In this document: positions 11,580-24,621 of the stretch, piece by piece
Position numbering within the stretch: position 1 is the stretch's first letter
Layout: every line of letters begins with the position of its first letter
Position numbers and translations under genes: made by a program
Assembly (NCBI RefSeq): GCF_009914755.1
Contig: NC_060947.1
DNA: 64,000 nucleotides
From: the human T2T-CHM13v2.0 reference genome, Homo sapiens
Direction: 5' to 3' (one strand)
The notes under the pieces: model-generated
What the model saw: the letters and a program-made list of their open reading frames with translations, nothing else
The model's database searches: none
What the model was told of the DNA's origin: nothing

Positions 11580-11831
11580 ATGGTGGATGGCAGAACAAGG
11601 ACTATCATCAATGACATTTTCTTCACTGAGCCCACCCCAGAAATGAGCTCCCTTCCTGTGCGCTCTCACAGCTCCTTGTCGTTGAATCTCGTATCACTGA
11701 TGGTAATTTGCAGAGGAATAATTAAGTTGGTGATTCACTTTAGGATGTACTGCCCTCCGAGGCTGAAAGCTAAACACATAGAGCCCACGTTACGCCCAGT
11801 ACCACTTAAGGAACTGCGGATTAGTCACTGG
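11580..11831 (+). CDS. Exon 1 of a putative two-exon 123-aa ORF (MVDGRTRTII...ELRISHW); coding status doubtful
   Basis: ATG in strong Kozak context (AGGATGG), 84 codons, phase-0 GTGAGT donor at 11832. Confidence 0.35.
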
Positions 11832-11841
11832 GTGAGTATCA

Positions 11842-12220
11842 GGGGAGGGGAGGGCGGGGAGGGTGAGGGGAGGGAACGGCATAGAGAGAAGGAAAAAGCA
11901 AAATGAGGGGAAAACCAGGGGAGGACAACATGAGAAAGGAAAGAGGGAGAGAAAGGGCAGTGAGGGATATGGGAACTCGGAGGGAGGACAAAGGGAAAGA
12001 CAAGGCATGGAGGAGAGAGAGCAGAGAGGGGAGATGAGAGGTGATGACAGAGGCTGAAGTGAGGTAGGAAGAGAGAGGAAAGAGGAAAGGAGTGTAGAGG
12101 AAATGGATGAGGGAGTAAAGAGAAAGGAACAAGGGGAGAGGTCCTTTACCAAAGGGTGATTGATGAGCAGGGGGCAAGAAGAAGGGGCAGCGAGGGAGAA
12201 AGGGAAAGGAGGAGAAAACT
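11842..12220. repeat. GA-rich low-complexity polypurine tract
   Basis: About 380 bp of strongly purine-biased sequence on +. Confidence 0.9.
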
Positions 12221-12643
12221 GCCAGCTTTGAGAACTCTACCCTGCCCCTGGAAAGAGGGGATCCCCATCCCAGGTCAACCTGGGGCTCCCCATGGGACTA
12301 TCTCAGAGGGAGGAGCTGGATAAGCCAAGAAAGAGCAAAGGGTGCACGGGACCACTCTTGCCTTGCTGCATGTGTCATTCAGGGCCTTCCCACCCAAACA
12401 GGGGGACTGGTCACATCAACAGCCACCTCTGCTGAATCCAAGCTCTGCACCGGATCCTCCTTTCCCCTGCCAGATACGGGTTTCAACAAGCAAATTTAAG
12501 GGAATCACTCCCCTTCCTGGGATCCCTCCCTGACTGTATCAGTTGCAACCCCTTTCATGGTCACAGAGGCCTGGCCTCTCCCACAAGAACCCTATGGGCC
12601 AGCCAGTGCGATGCTCTGTACATCGTATCTGTTCAGGATGAAG

Positions 12644-12645
<2 letters not shown>

Positions 12646-12685
<40 letters not shown>

Positions 12686-12732
12686 GGGTGGGGGTGTGTG
12701 GGATGTGTGCGTGTGTGTGTGTGTGTGTGTGT
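12646..12732. repeat. Interrupted (TG)n microsatellite
   Basis: Seen directly. Confidence 0.95.
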
Positions 12733-12856
12733 ACTAATAATCACAAGGATCAATATATCTGTGGGAATTGTGAATTCTTTCAATGTGACTGCCTTGCTAG
12801 AATCCCCTCTCCCAGGGGCCTTTATTTCAAGGACCAACTCTGCTTTTCTCCCACAG

Positions 12857-12976
12857 CCCAATGAATGCATCAGACACTCAGCTTCAGTTCCCATGGCAAC
12901 AGGGGCTAATGGCCTAGAGACTAAAGATGAGACAAAGAGAAACGCAGAGAAATGTGCGTGTTCTGTCTTCCTCTGA
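12857..12976 (+). CDS. Exon 2 coding part of the putative 123-aa ORF (PNECIRHSASVPMATG...CACSVFL*)
   Basis: Acceptor ctctgcttttctcccacag, phase 0, 39 codons plus TGA. Confidence 0.35.
   Translation, partial: PNECIRHSASVPMATGANGLETKDETKRNAEKCACSVFL
12887..12900. promoter_or_regulatory. RFX X-box motif GTTCCCATGGCAAC
   Basis: Matches the palindromic X-box consensus GTTNCCATGGNAAC; conserved in copy 2. Confidence 0.6.
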
Positions 12977-14603
12977 GGTACGCAAGCCCCTATTCAGGGA
13001 TTGAAAAGAACATTCGCTTTAGTTCTACCCTGCCCTCCCCTCAATGCTGGGTGGAGGAGGGCAGAAACGCAGACGGGCCTGACATGAATCCAGAATTTCT
13101 ACATCCTCTCAATGCACCTGCACGGTTTGGAGACAGGCTTCTTTGTCCCCGAGCCATCATGTTACCAACAATGTATTGTACCTGCAAACCATGCCTGTGG
13201 AACCTAGGATTCCTGCTACCCCAACTCACCTTCCTCTTTACCACCCTCTAGCCTCTATCACAGTAGGGGAGTTTTTTCAGTCATTCCTATTTTCTGACAG
13301 AAAGTTCCAGCCAGCCCAATTTCAGAAGCGCTGTCTCAGGAGGGCTCCCTGATCCTTCCTGCCAGAGTCACACAGGACACACCTCCTCCCTCTTCTCCTC
13401 TGTGGCCTGGGAGACCTCTGCCCAGACCATGGGACAAGTTCCTAGGGCTCCCCCTTCCTGCCACACTCCTGTTCCGCCAGGGCCTTGGGGAGACTCAGAC
13501 GAGGGAGGTTTCTGATAGTCTCCCACTTCTGGAAGCAGCCAAACTAATGAGAGGCCTCTTGCCTGCCCCTCTTCCTGAGAAGCCCACCACCTCCTGTGTA
13601 TTGACTCCCCTTACCAGAGGCTGGACAAACAGCGTGCCAGGCCCGACATGAGACGTCCCACACTATAAATTTGTGATAAACAACAACTCAAAAGCTGGGC
13701 ATATGCCCCCAACTTTCCCTCCCTTCTTTCCATTTATTCCAGTGAGTCTCAGAAGTCCCTTTGTCCAGCTGCACTCTCCTCTCCTGGGACCCAGCTGCCC
13801 TCCATTTCCCATGTCCTGGAACCCCTCAGTCCAAAATACCTAAGTAAACTCGTCTTCACTGCAATGTGCAACCCACACCCACAGCCATGCCCTACGCCAG
13901 AAGGAACCACATGAAGTTCTGCCCATCTTCCTGACCTCCACGGATGTTGCGCGACATCCAGTCTCCTCTGGGTCAGGGGGTTTGTCTCATATGCACTCCT
14001 GAGTGCCCACCTGCCAGTGACTCCCCTGTGTTTCACACCCCTCTCGGGGGATCTCAGATCCACTCGGCTCCTGGTCTCTGTCTGGATGACCACGACCAGT
14101 TTCCCTTGGAGAAGGACCAATGGGGAATGGCAATGCCAGGAAGGCAACGCTTCGCTTGACTGCTCTGCTCCTTAAATCCCCAAAAGCACCACTCACAGGA
14201 CTGTAGACGCTATGCCAGTTACAGACTTCAGCGAAGGGTCAATAGTGACTACATGAAATTATAGTGGAACAAACTACTAGTGAGCGATGGCTAAGCATCC
14301 ATGCTGCTAGAATCCAAAAAGAATCACCCATCCCCTGCCTCCCACGGAAAAGATAAGGTCTTCTGAGGACATTCCATTTCCGGTGAATTCCCGTTCATGG
14401 CTTTTCTTCCTGTTTTGAGCACTGCCCTTTTCTCTCCCTGGAAAGAAGGAAGTCCCTCCATTAATCTGCTTCATTGTAGGGATTTCTTTATCTCTCAGTA
14501 ATGGGATCTGTCTATGTCTCCACCTCCCTGTGAACATGTGAACACCCAGAGACAATCACCAAACACTAAGGAGCTATGAGTGTCACATCATAATCCCTCA
14601 CCT

Positions 14604-14970
14604 AGCTCTGCGCAGTGGCTCACACCTATAACCCCAGCTATGCAAGACACCGAGGCAGGAGGATTGGTTGAGGCCAGGAGTTGGACACGAGCCTGGTCAA
14701 TGTAGCGAGACCTCATCTCTAAAATTATAAAAATAGAAAAAATTAGCCTTATATGGTGGCACGCATCTGTGGTCCCAGCTACTCGGGAGACTCATGCAGG
14801 AGGATCACTTGAGCCCAGGAGTTTGAGGCTGCAGTGAGTTATGACAGCACCACTGCACAGAGCTTTGGGAGGCTGCACTTTGAAGGCAGGAGTTCAAGAC
14901 CAGCTTGGGCATCACAGCGAGACCCCAACTGCAGAAAAAAAATAAAATTAAATTTAAAAAAATTAAAAAT
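14604..14970 (+). mobile_element. AluJ-type element with an extra left-monomer piece, present in copy 1 only
   Basis: Alu dimer plus A-rich tail; empty site ataatccctaacc in copy 2. Confidence 0.85.
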
Positions 14971-15229
14971 ATCTCTGACCGATACATTTCTCAAAATTTG
15001 AATTTGTCAGTTTACATTAACCTTCGTTACTCAGCCTGGATCCTATGGACTTCAAACTTCATTTCCTCATCCTCTGGACATCTCTGCCCTGCCAATCCCT
15101 CATTCTCAATTTGGCCATCCCCGGGGATGGAGGTTATCAGCATGGCTTTAACTGAGAGCATGAAGCATGGGGCTGGTGGCTCATATTTTTAACAAAGCCA
15201 GCCTCTCTGGTTGACCCCATCTTTACCCC

Positions 15230-15850
15230 TCACTGTTTCTCACAGTTTGAATTCCTGCAGATGTCCACTGTTTCTCTGCATCTTCAAATTCTTCTGCTCC
15301 AGTGGCTATTCCCCTCAGCATACAATTACGCTCCACTGTCCTCCATTTTAAACAAATACCTTCCCTTGGCGACACTTCCCTACCAGCTGTTCTCCCACAT
15401 ACCTGCTGCCTTTCACAGCAAAACTTTTCTGGTAAGTTGTCTGAACAGGTTGTCACCACTTCCTCATCTCCACCTCCGATGTCTTGCATGGCCTTCTGTC
15501 CTCCAATATGCTTTTTTTCTTTTTCATGCTCTTTAGTAACTTACATGATGTCAAATCCAATTATCATCCCTCTGACCTGGCTTGCCCTCTTAGTAGCATT
15601 GAACGTGCTGGCCACTATCGGTCTCTTGAGATCTTGTGGATTCCATGAAACCATCTTCTTCTGGTGATCTTCCTTCCAGGATAGATCCTATTCTTTGAGT
15701 TGTTTCCTGGCTCCTCTTCTTGTAAACTCCTCTACTTTTTGATATGCTCCAGATTGTGGCCTTGTTTCCTCCTTTTCTACATTTTTTTCTCGAAGAAATT
15801 TCCTTTCACTTTACAGATGTAAATAACACCTACATCTGCCACCTCCTGTG
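15230..15850. mobile_element. L2 LINE remnant (probable)
   Basis: Pyrimidine-rich degenerate L2-like motifs (tcaaatccaat...ctcttagtagcattgaac...ggccact). Confidence 0.5.
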
Positions 15851-16396
15851 TCCATCAGAATGTTTGGTTAGCAACAACAGAAAAACACTCACGATTGCTC
15901 AACCAAAAAAAAACAAACAAACAAACAAACAAACCTGATGCAAGAATATCAGGTTGCACACGAAGTCAATAAGAGGGCTGCATAACCAGAATTGGAAAGC
16001 AGGTAGGATCCACGGGAGTCTGAGACATAGAAACAATCACAAAGGTCATGCCTGAGAAATAGCTTTGTTTTGACATTGTTCTTGCAACCTTGCTACTCTG
16101 CCAGAGAGGCCGCTTTGGAAGCCTCCTACCACATTTAATTTTTCAGCCTTATGGAAGTCTTCGTATAGGTTTCGTTTTGTAATAATTCAAAAATATCCCT
16201 CCAACTTGTATCCTAATATACTAGCATGTATGTTAACTTAGGAATAAGTTATGAACATTTTGAATTCCTTCAGAGATTCTTTCCTCCTTCATTAAAAGAA
16301 ACAGCTTTATTGAGATATAATTCAGATACCACAAAGCTCACCCTTTTAAAGTGTACCGTGCAGTGGTTGTTAGTATATTCCAAAAGTTGAGCAACT

Positions 16397-17153
16397 CCCA
16401 TTCCGTAGGTGGCCTTTTCACCGTGTTGATTGTTTCATTTGGTTCACCATAGGTTTTTGTTTTCGTTTTTGGTTTTTGCTTTCATTTTATTTTATTTTTT
16501 ATATATATATATATATATATATTTATTATACTTTAAGTTCTAACGTACATGTGCAAAACGTGCAGGTTTGTTACCTGTTGGTGTGCTGCACCCATTAACT
16601 CGTCTTTTGCATTAGGTATATCTCCTAATGCTATCCCTCCCCCCTCCCCCCTCCCCCTACCCACAACAGGCCCCGGTGGGTTCACCATAGGTTTTTGGTT
16701 CGACTTAGTCTCACCAGTCTAACGTGGCTTTTTGTTGCTTGTGCTTTTTGTCATATTCAAGAGATAATTTCCAAGTCAAATGCCATGGAACTTTTCACCT
16801 ATGTTCTCTTCTAGGAGATTTACAGGAAAAGATATTTGAAAAGGATATATATGATAAGGGATTAATATCCAAGCTATACAAGGAACTCCTACAACTCAAT
16901 ACCAAAAAAGAAGACAACAAACTGACTAAAGAATGGGCAAAAGACTTGAATAGACATTTCTTCAAAGAGGACATGCACATGCCCAACAGTATATGAAAAA
17001 GTGCTCAACGTCACTACTCAGCAGAGAAATGCAAATCCAAACCACAATGAGCTATCACCTCACACTTTGAACGATAGCTATTATCAAAACAAAAAAGAAA
17101 GAAAGAAGAAAGAAAGAGAAAGAAAAAAGAAAGAGAAAGAAAGAAGAAAGAAA

Positions 17154-17213
<60 letters not shown>

Positions 17214-17897
17214 AGGAAAGAAAAGAAAGAAAGAAAGAAAGAAAGAAAAGATAACAAGTGTTGTTTTGGAGAAGATGTGTAAAAATTCCAACACGGGCAC
17301 ACTGGAGTAGGCACATAAAGCGGTGCAGCCACTATGGAATACACCGTAGTGGTTCCTCAAAAAATTGAAAATAGAACGACCATGTGATCTGGCAATCCCA
17401 CTTTTGGGTATATATCCAAAAGAATTGAAATCTGGACCTCGAAGGGATATATGCACTCCCACCTCTATTGAAGCATTACATCTAACAGTCAAAATTTAAA
17501 AACAATGTGGAAACAACCTAAATGTTCATCGACAGATGAATGGATATTAAAAATGTGGTATACACATAAAATGGGACATTATTCCACTTCCATGAAGAAG
17601 GAATTCCTGCCATCACACCCAAATAATGTGGGTTCTAAATATTTCAGCTATCTAAAATAGTCAAATTTAAAAACCAGAGTGCAGTGTCGGCTGCTTGAAC
17701 CTGGAGGGAGGGGGAAACAGGGAGTTGCTATTCTATGGGTATAAAGTTTCCGTTGTGCCAGGTGAATACATTCTTGAGATCTCCTGTACAACCCTGTGCC
17801 TATGGTTAAGAATATGGTATTTTGCACTTAAAATTTTAGTGAGGGCGGATCTCATGTTACGTGTTCTTAGCACAATAAAATAAAATTTAAAAAACGG
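16397..17897 (+). mobile_element. 5'-inverted, truncated L1MA-type insertion with (GAAA)n at ~17092-17250
   Basis: 16397-16825 antisense, 16826-17897 sense. TSD aaaagttgagcaact (16382-16396) / aaaagttgtgcaact (17898-17912). Confidence 0.85.
16459..16678 (-). mobile_element. Short 5'-truncated L1PA 3' end
   Basis: ttattatactttaagttct...gcattaggtatatctcctaatgctatccc; 18-bp TSD GGTTCACCATAGGTTTTT at 16441 and 16679. Confidence 0.92.
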
Positions 17898-20155
17898 AAA
17901 AGTTGTGCAACTATCACAACCATGTAATTTAAGAACTTTTTTATTCAAAAAACACGCTGTATGTATTTAAGTGACCTAATCTCCCCTCTTCTTCAAACCA
18001 CTGGTACCCTCTGATCTATCTTCTGGCTCTCTGATTTTGCATGTAGTGAATGTTTCCTATAAATCAGATCATACAATGCGTGACCTTTTGGACCGGCTTC
18101 TTTCAGTAAGCACTATGTTTTCCAGATTAATCAATGTTGTGGCTCGTACATTCCATTAACTACCATATAATGATACTACATATTGGTTACTCATTCAACT
18201 GTGGATGGACTTTTAGATTCTTTCACTTTTTGGCTACTATGGAGGAGGCTGTTATGGACACTCTTGTACAGGATTTTACCTGAGTTATTTTTTGAAATCT
18301 CTTGGGTGAACACCTGGAGTGGACTTGCTGGGTCATAAAGGAACTCTTACTTTTGGAGGAACTGCTGCACCCTCTCCCAAAGTGATTGGGCCATCTTACA
18401 ATCCCATGAGAAATGTCTTAAGATTCCAGTTCCTCCACAACCTTGCCAACATTTGTTATTGTCTATCTGTTTGATTTCAGCCATCTTAGTGAGTGGGAAG
18501 TGGTATCACAACGTGGATTTGACTTGCACTTCCCTAATGACTAATGACACTGAGCATCTTTTCTTGAGCTTATTAGCCATTTGTACATGTTCTTTAGAGA
18601 AATGTCTATTGCAATGCTTTGCCCACTTTTATTTGGGCTGTGTGTCTTTTTTATTAGGCAGTCGTAAGTGTTTAGTAGATATTGCAAATAGAGTCAAATA
18701 TGAGATATATGATTTTCCAATCTTTTCAATCATCTCATAAGTTGTCTTCCCTGTCCTTGATGGTGGGCTTTGAAGCACAAAAGTATTTAATTTTAATGAA
18801 GTACAATTCCTCTGTGTTTCATGTTTTTCACCCGTGATATGGGTACCATATCTACAAAGCCAATTCCAATTTCAAGGTCATGAAGGTTATCCCCAAAGTT
18901 TTTTTCCAAAAGTTACATAGTTTTTTTCCCCTTAGGTTTATGTCTATCATTCATTTTGAATTAATTTTCAGGCATGGCATGAGATGGTGGGTCCATTTCA
19001 TTCTTCTCCATGGGCATAACCATTTGTCCCAGCACCGTTTGTGGAAAATGCTATTCTTTCTCACTTTGAGTTGCCTTGATACACTTGTGGAAAATCAACT
19101 GAACTTAAAAGAAGAGGTTTATTTCTAAAATTTGCATTTTTATGACACTGATATATATATGCCTAAATTTATGCCAGTACCACAACACATTGATTACTGT
19201 AGCTTTGCAGTAAGTTTTGAAATAGAGACGTGTGAGTCCTCCATCATTGCTCTTTTTCAAGATTGTTTTGGCTTTTCTGGGTCCCTTGCGTTGCCAAGGG
19301 AATGTCAGAATCAGATTGTCAATTATGGCAAGAAGATCCTGGTGGGATTTGAAACGGTGAGTATGTTGTATCTATAGATCCACTTGTGGACTGTTACTAT
19401 TTTAATGATACACAGTCTTCCCCGTCCATGTGTAAGGGACACCTTCACATTTCTTTAGGTCTTCTTTAATTTCTTTCAATAAGGTTTTGTAGTGTTCTGC
19501 GTACAAGTCTTACACTTCTTTTGTGGAATTTATTTCTAACTATTGTGTTTCTTTGGATGCTATGATAAGTGGAATTGTTTTTAAAGTGTCCTTTATTGGA
19601 TTATTCATTGGTAGTACAAAGACATAAAATTGTATGTTTTACATTGATGTAGATATTATATGGAATAAATTCAATGACTCGTCCTGATAGTATTTTCTTT
19701 TCCGGCTTCTTTAGTGTTTTCTATGTACAAGATAATGTCATCTGTGAGCAGAGAGAGTTTTACTTATTCCTTTCAAGTCTGGAGGTCTTCTATCTCTTTT
19801 TCTTGCCTAAATGCATTAGCTAGAAGCTCCTGTACAATGTTAAATAGAAATGGTGAGAGCACACATTGTTGCTTGTTGAGGGTGAAAGTTTTCAGCCTTT
19901 CACCATTAATCATGATGGCAGTTGTGAGTTTTTGGTAGAGTCTACTGAGTTGCAGAAGCACCTTTTTTCTCCAGTTTCTTCATATTTTTTTAATTGTGAA
20001 ACGGTTTTGGATCTGTCACAAGTTTTTTCTGTGTCTACGGAAACGATAATATGGGGTTTTTATTTGGTTAGTGTGGTATATTATATTGATTGATTTTTGT
20101 ACGTTGAACCAACTTTACATTCCTGGAGCAAGTTCCACTTGGTCTTTGTGTAAAA

Positions 20156-20188
<33 letters not shown>

Positions 20189-23100
20189 ACGTGTGTGTGT
20201 TGCTGGATTAGGTATGTGTGTAATTTGTGGAGGAGATTTGTGTATACATAACAGATATGCATCTGTAATTAGGTTAGTTATTTCCTTCTGATGCCTTGTC
20301 TAATTTTGGAGTTTGGTTAAAGTTGGGCTCGAAAAACTAGCTGGGAAGGGCGCCCTTCTGTTCTTGAGCAATCTTGTGAAGCTTTGGTGTTAAGTGTCCT
20401 TTAAATATTTGGTAGAATTCCACCAGTTAACCCTGGACTTTTCTTTGGGGGAATATATTTGTTAGTAATTCAATCCCTTTACTTGTTGTAAATCAATTCA
20501 AATCTTCTACTTCTCCTTTAGGCAGTTTCAGTAATTTGTGTGTTTCTGGACATTTGTCCTTGTCACAAGATTATCTAATTTGTTGCCATGCTGTTGTTCA
20601 CAGTATTTCCCATAACCTTTTTATTTCTGTAAGATTGTATTAATATCCTATATTCTAGTTTTGATTTTTGTAATATGCATCTTTTCTATTCTTTCTTAGT
20701 CTGGCAAAAGCATGTCAATTTCGTTGATCTTTGTTAATGAACCAACTTTTGGTTTGGTTAATTTTCTCTATTATTTCCTATATTCTTTTTATTTATATCA
20801 CTCTAACAGTCCTTATTTCCTTCCTTCTGCCTGTTTGGGGTTAGTTTAATTTTCTTGCTCCTGTGTCTTAACATAAAAATTTAGAAGAATTTTTTGAGAG
20901 CACTACTCTTTTTTCAATATAGGTGTTTATAGCTATACATTTGCATCTAAGAGCTAATTTAGCCACATCCTACAAGGCTGGGATCTTGTGTGCATCTTTC
21001 TCCCTTCAGTTGTGTCCATTTTTGCTTCGTGTATTGTGGGGCACTATTGCTATGTGTCTATATATTTTTATAAAAATCTTTATATCTTCTTGATGGATTG
21101 AGCACTCTACCGTGATAAAACGTCCTTCTCTGTATCTAAATCGAATTGTTGTCTTAAAGTATATTTTTGTCTCAGAGAATATTAGTAGAGCCACTCCAAC
21201 TCTCTTTTCATGATTGTTTCCACACTATACTTTTCCACGCTTTTATTTTAAGCAATTTATGTCTTTGAAAGTAAAGCACACCTCTTCAAGATAGCATGTA
21301 ACTGGAGCATTTAAACAAATCTGTTCTGCCAATCTCTCCTTTTGGTTTTGTTGAGGGCATTTTCTTCTACATTTATAAAAGATATTGTTCTGTAGTATGC
21401 TCTTCTTGGGATGTCCTCTTCTGCCTTTGGTTTCTGGGTAATATTGGTCTCATAGGATGACTTCAGTGAATTTGAGCAAGTTACCTAACTTTCATGAACC
21501 TCAAAGACTAAGAGGAATGTGAATGGGCTGAGTCTGGAAGGTCTTCTTTTCTCTAAGCAGTCTTCTCCAGGTGGTGGTGGGGCGGAGGCACCTGCTAGGA
21601 GTAGAATGAGGAGTGGATGGATAGTGGGGTCAGATATCATCCTGTGCACCCCTTATCCCCCAGGTCCTCCCTTCACCTTCCTGCCCATCCTCTCTCCCTC
21701 CCCATTTACATCTACCACAAGGAATTCGAAGGAGTTTGCAGAACTTTAGATGAAATTTCTCTTTCTCCAACAGTGGATTGGATAAGAGGCGCACAAAATA
21801 TTTCCGAACCCAAATATTTTTCAGAGAACATAGGATGATGAAGAAACAATGTGCCGTTGAACTTCTATACTTTCTTCCACACAGTGAAAAGCATATTTAG
21901 TCTTTACAGTGGGTAATAAAATCCCTGAGTCCAGAAAATGAAACCTGGGGGAACGAAGAGGCTTCACTGAGGCTTCAGTATTTTGGCAATCTTCATAGCC
22001 AAGGAAAGGCTTGCTGGGGCACTAGGAGCAGGACTGATGGCTGTAGAATCACACAGCATACAGAATGGAAGATCAGGCTTCCTCTTACCACGGGAACTCC
22101 CAATCTGGTTTGAAAAATGGGACCCATACATGACATTATTCAATACAACGAAAGGTGCTATATAAGCTGAAGAGCCTTCGAAAAGATGGACGAGAATTAG
22201 TCACTGCCATTGAGAAGTTCAGAGTCCGGTGGGAGAGATAAGGCTCATAGACAATGATACTTATCATAGTGAATATTACCTTTCTTACAGGAACAAAGAG
22301 GAGGGAAGAAACAACTTCCTGAGGGAGTCAGGAGCACTTGCTCCAAGTTTAAGCGATGAATTGCAGGTTATCAACCATCAAAGCTGTGGCAATGACATTC
22401 TGGGAAGAAGGAACAGAATTTGCAAAGAAGGAAGCTTATTTGACACACATTTTTTGAGAGCTCTGTCTTCCCCAAATAGTGTGCAAGTTTTGAGAGCTAC
22501 AGAGGAAATGAACAATGCCTCTGTCCAGATCACTAATGAATCCATGTACCCTGAACTGGCAAGGGAAACATTCACAAGCCGGTTCTCATCATTTTAAAAG
22601 GTATAATGACTCCAAGGATGCCTGGGGAAGGCCATCTCGTCATCCGGTCAGGTCCCCCACAGGGGAAGTCAGTACCATGCTATGATCACCGTTATTCCCA
22701 GTTTTGTAGGTGCAGCAATTAAACGTTGTCCACACATCCAGAGGGAATTGGGCTACAGAAGACTGCCTCACATTGATAAAATTTACCAAAATTATACCCA
22801 TATGGTACACAAAATGAGGTCAGGTGCATCATTTGAATGAAACATTGACAATTTTAAAACACATTAAATAATTTTTCCTAAATGGTACATTTTGCCTCAC
22901 GTTTGTTTTTTACAGTAACTTTCTATTTATGACAAGTCATGTTGGATTTCCACTTATGGTAGTGATATTAAGTTTCCTTTGAAAATATACTTATTGATGA
23001 AAAACTATTTTGTTCAAAGGAAAACACTATGCCTTCTAAACACGACAATGAAGATAGCGTGTGATATTAATGAATTAAAATTCTAAACAAACTATAAGAA

Positions 23101-23268
23101 ATGCAAGTGAAATATTAACGTAGATCGGAAGCATTTGGTATTATAATAGTTTTACCACAATTAAATATCGCAAAAAGAGTGAAGGTGGTAAACGGATGAT
23201 TACTGAAATCAGGGACCAACTCGAATTTTCTCCCAGAGTCCAGTGAATGCGTCAGACACTCAGCTTTG

Positions 23269-23282
23269 GTTCCCATGGTAAC
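23269..23282. promoter_or_regulatory. RFX X-box motif GTTCCCATGGTAAC
   Basis: Consensus match; a CRE-like TGCGTCA lies about 20 bp upstream. Confidence 0.6.
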
Positions 23283-24187
23283 TAGGACTAATGGTCTCAG
23301 GACTAAGAATGAGACAAAGAGAAACACAGAGAAATGTGCACATTCTGTCTTCCTGTGAGGTACACAAGCCCCTATTCAGCAAATGAAAAGAACATTCACT
23401 TTAGTTCTGCCCTGACCTCCCCTCACTGCTGGGTGGAGGAGAACGGAAAGGCAGAGGGATCCAATACCAATCTTAAGCGTTTACATCCAGGCTTCCTTGT
23501 CCCTTAGCCACCATCTTACCAACAATGTGTTGTACCTCCAAATCATGCCCGTGGAATCTAGGATTCTTGCTATCCCAATCCACTTGCCCTGTTCCCCACC
23601 CACTAGCCGCTATCATAATATGGGAGGTTTTCAGTCATCCCCATTTTATGTCAGATAGTTCCAGCCCGATTTCAGAAATGCTGCCCCAGAAAAGTTCCCT
23701 GACCCTTCCTGCCAGATCGCACAGAACAGAACTGACTCCCTCCCTTTTCTCCTCTGTGGCCTGGGAGACCTCGGCCCAGATCATGGGCTCCCACTTCCTG
23801 CCACACTCCCATTCCACCAGGGCCTGGGGGGAGACCCAAAGGAGGGAAGTTTCTGACAGTCTCCTGTTTGGGGAAGCAGCCAAACTAATGAGGGGCCTCT
23901 TCCCTGTCCCTTTTTCCTGAGTAGCTATCTCCTTTGTATTGGCTCCCTGTATCAGAGGCTGGACAAATAGGGTTCCAGGCAGGACATGACACATTCCACA
24001 CCATAAATTTGTGAAGAAAAAACACACAAAAGCTGGGCATAGGCCCCCAACTTCAACTCCCTTCCTTCCATTTATTCCAGCGAGTCTCTGAAGTCCCTTT
24101 GTCCAGCTGCACTCTCCTTTCCTGGGACCCAGCTGCCATTTCCCATGTCCTGGAAACTCTCGGCCCAAAATACCCAAGTAACTTCAT

Positions 24188-24621
24188 TGTACTATTCCTT
24201 TCTTGCATTGCTGTAAAGAAATACCTGAGACTGGGTAATTTATAAAGAAAAAAGGTTTAATTGGCTCACAGTTCTGCAAGCTGTACAGGAAGCCTGATTT
24301 TGGCATCTGCTCGGCTTCTGGCAAGGCCTCAGGAAACTTGCAATCCTAGCGGAAGGCAAAGGAAGAAGGAGCACTTCACAGGGGGAGGGAGAACTTCACA
24401 TGGGTGGGGCAGAAAGAAGAGAGTCAGGAGGAGATGCTACACACTGTTAAACAACCAGCTCTCATGAGAGCTCTATCCTGATAACAGCACTAGGGAAATG
24501 ATGCTAAACCATTAGAAACCACCCCCATCATCCAATCACCTCCTATCAGGCCCAACCTCCAACATTGGGGATTACAACTGGACATGAGATTTTGGCAGAG
24601 ACACAGGTCCAAACCATATCC
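24188..24621. mobile_element. MST (ERVL-MaLR) solo LTR, present in copy 2 only
   Basis: aagaaatacctgagactgggtaatttataaagaaaa...caaaccatatc; 5-bp TSD ttcat/ctcat; empty site in copy 1. Confidence 0.9.

Larger units (their letters stand above)
12825..15500 (+). repeat. Copy 1 of an ancient direct segmental duplication
   Basis: Colinear similarity with 23205-25900 throughout (e.g. cagacactcagctt; ctgtggcctgggagacctc; gaaggaaccacatgaag; ggttgtcaccacttcctcatctccac). Confidence 0.95.
16293..21350 (-). mobile_element. L1MB-type element (3' end and ORF2), interrupted at 16397-17897; (TG)n at ~20158-20200
   Basis: agctttattgagatataattc 3'-end signature; antisense ORF2 peptide LTTAIMINGERLKTF...SPFLFNIVQELLA. 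Confidence 0.8.

Noticed and set aside
13749-14147. Similar minus-strand ORFs in both duplicate copies (RGVTGRW...LHVVPSG) as a conserved protein
   Set aside because: Similarity follows from the DNA duplication; starts and ends differ, and many changes are non-synonymous.
17001-17492. Lys/Glu/Arg-rich and Phe/Leu/Ser-rich ORFs
   Set aside because: Translations of the (GAAA)n microsatellite.
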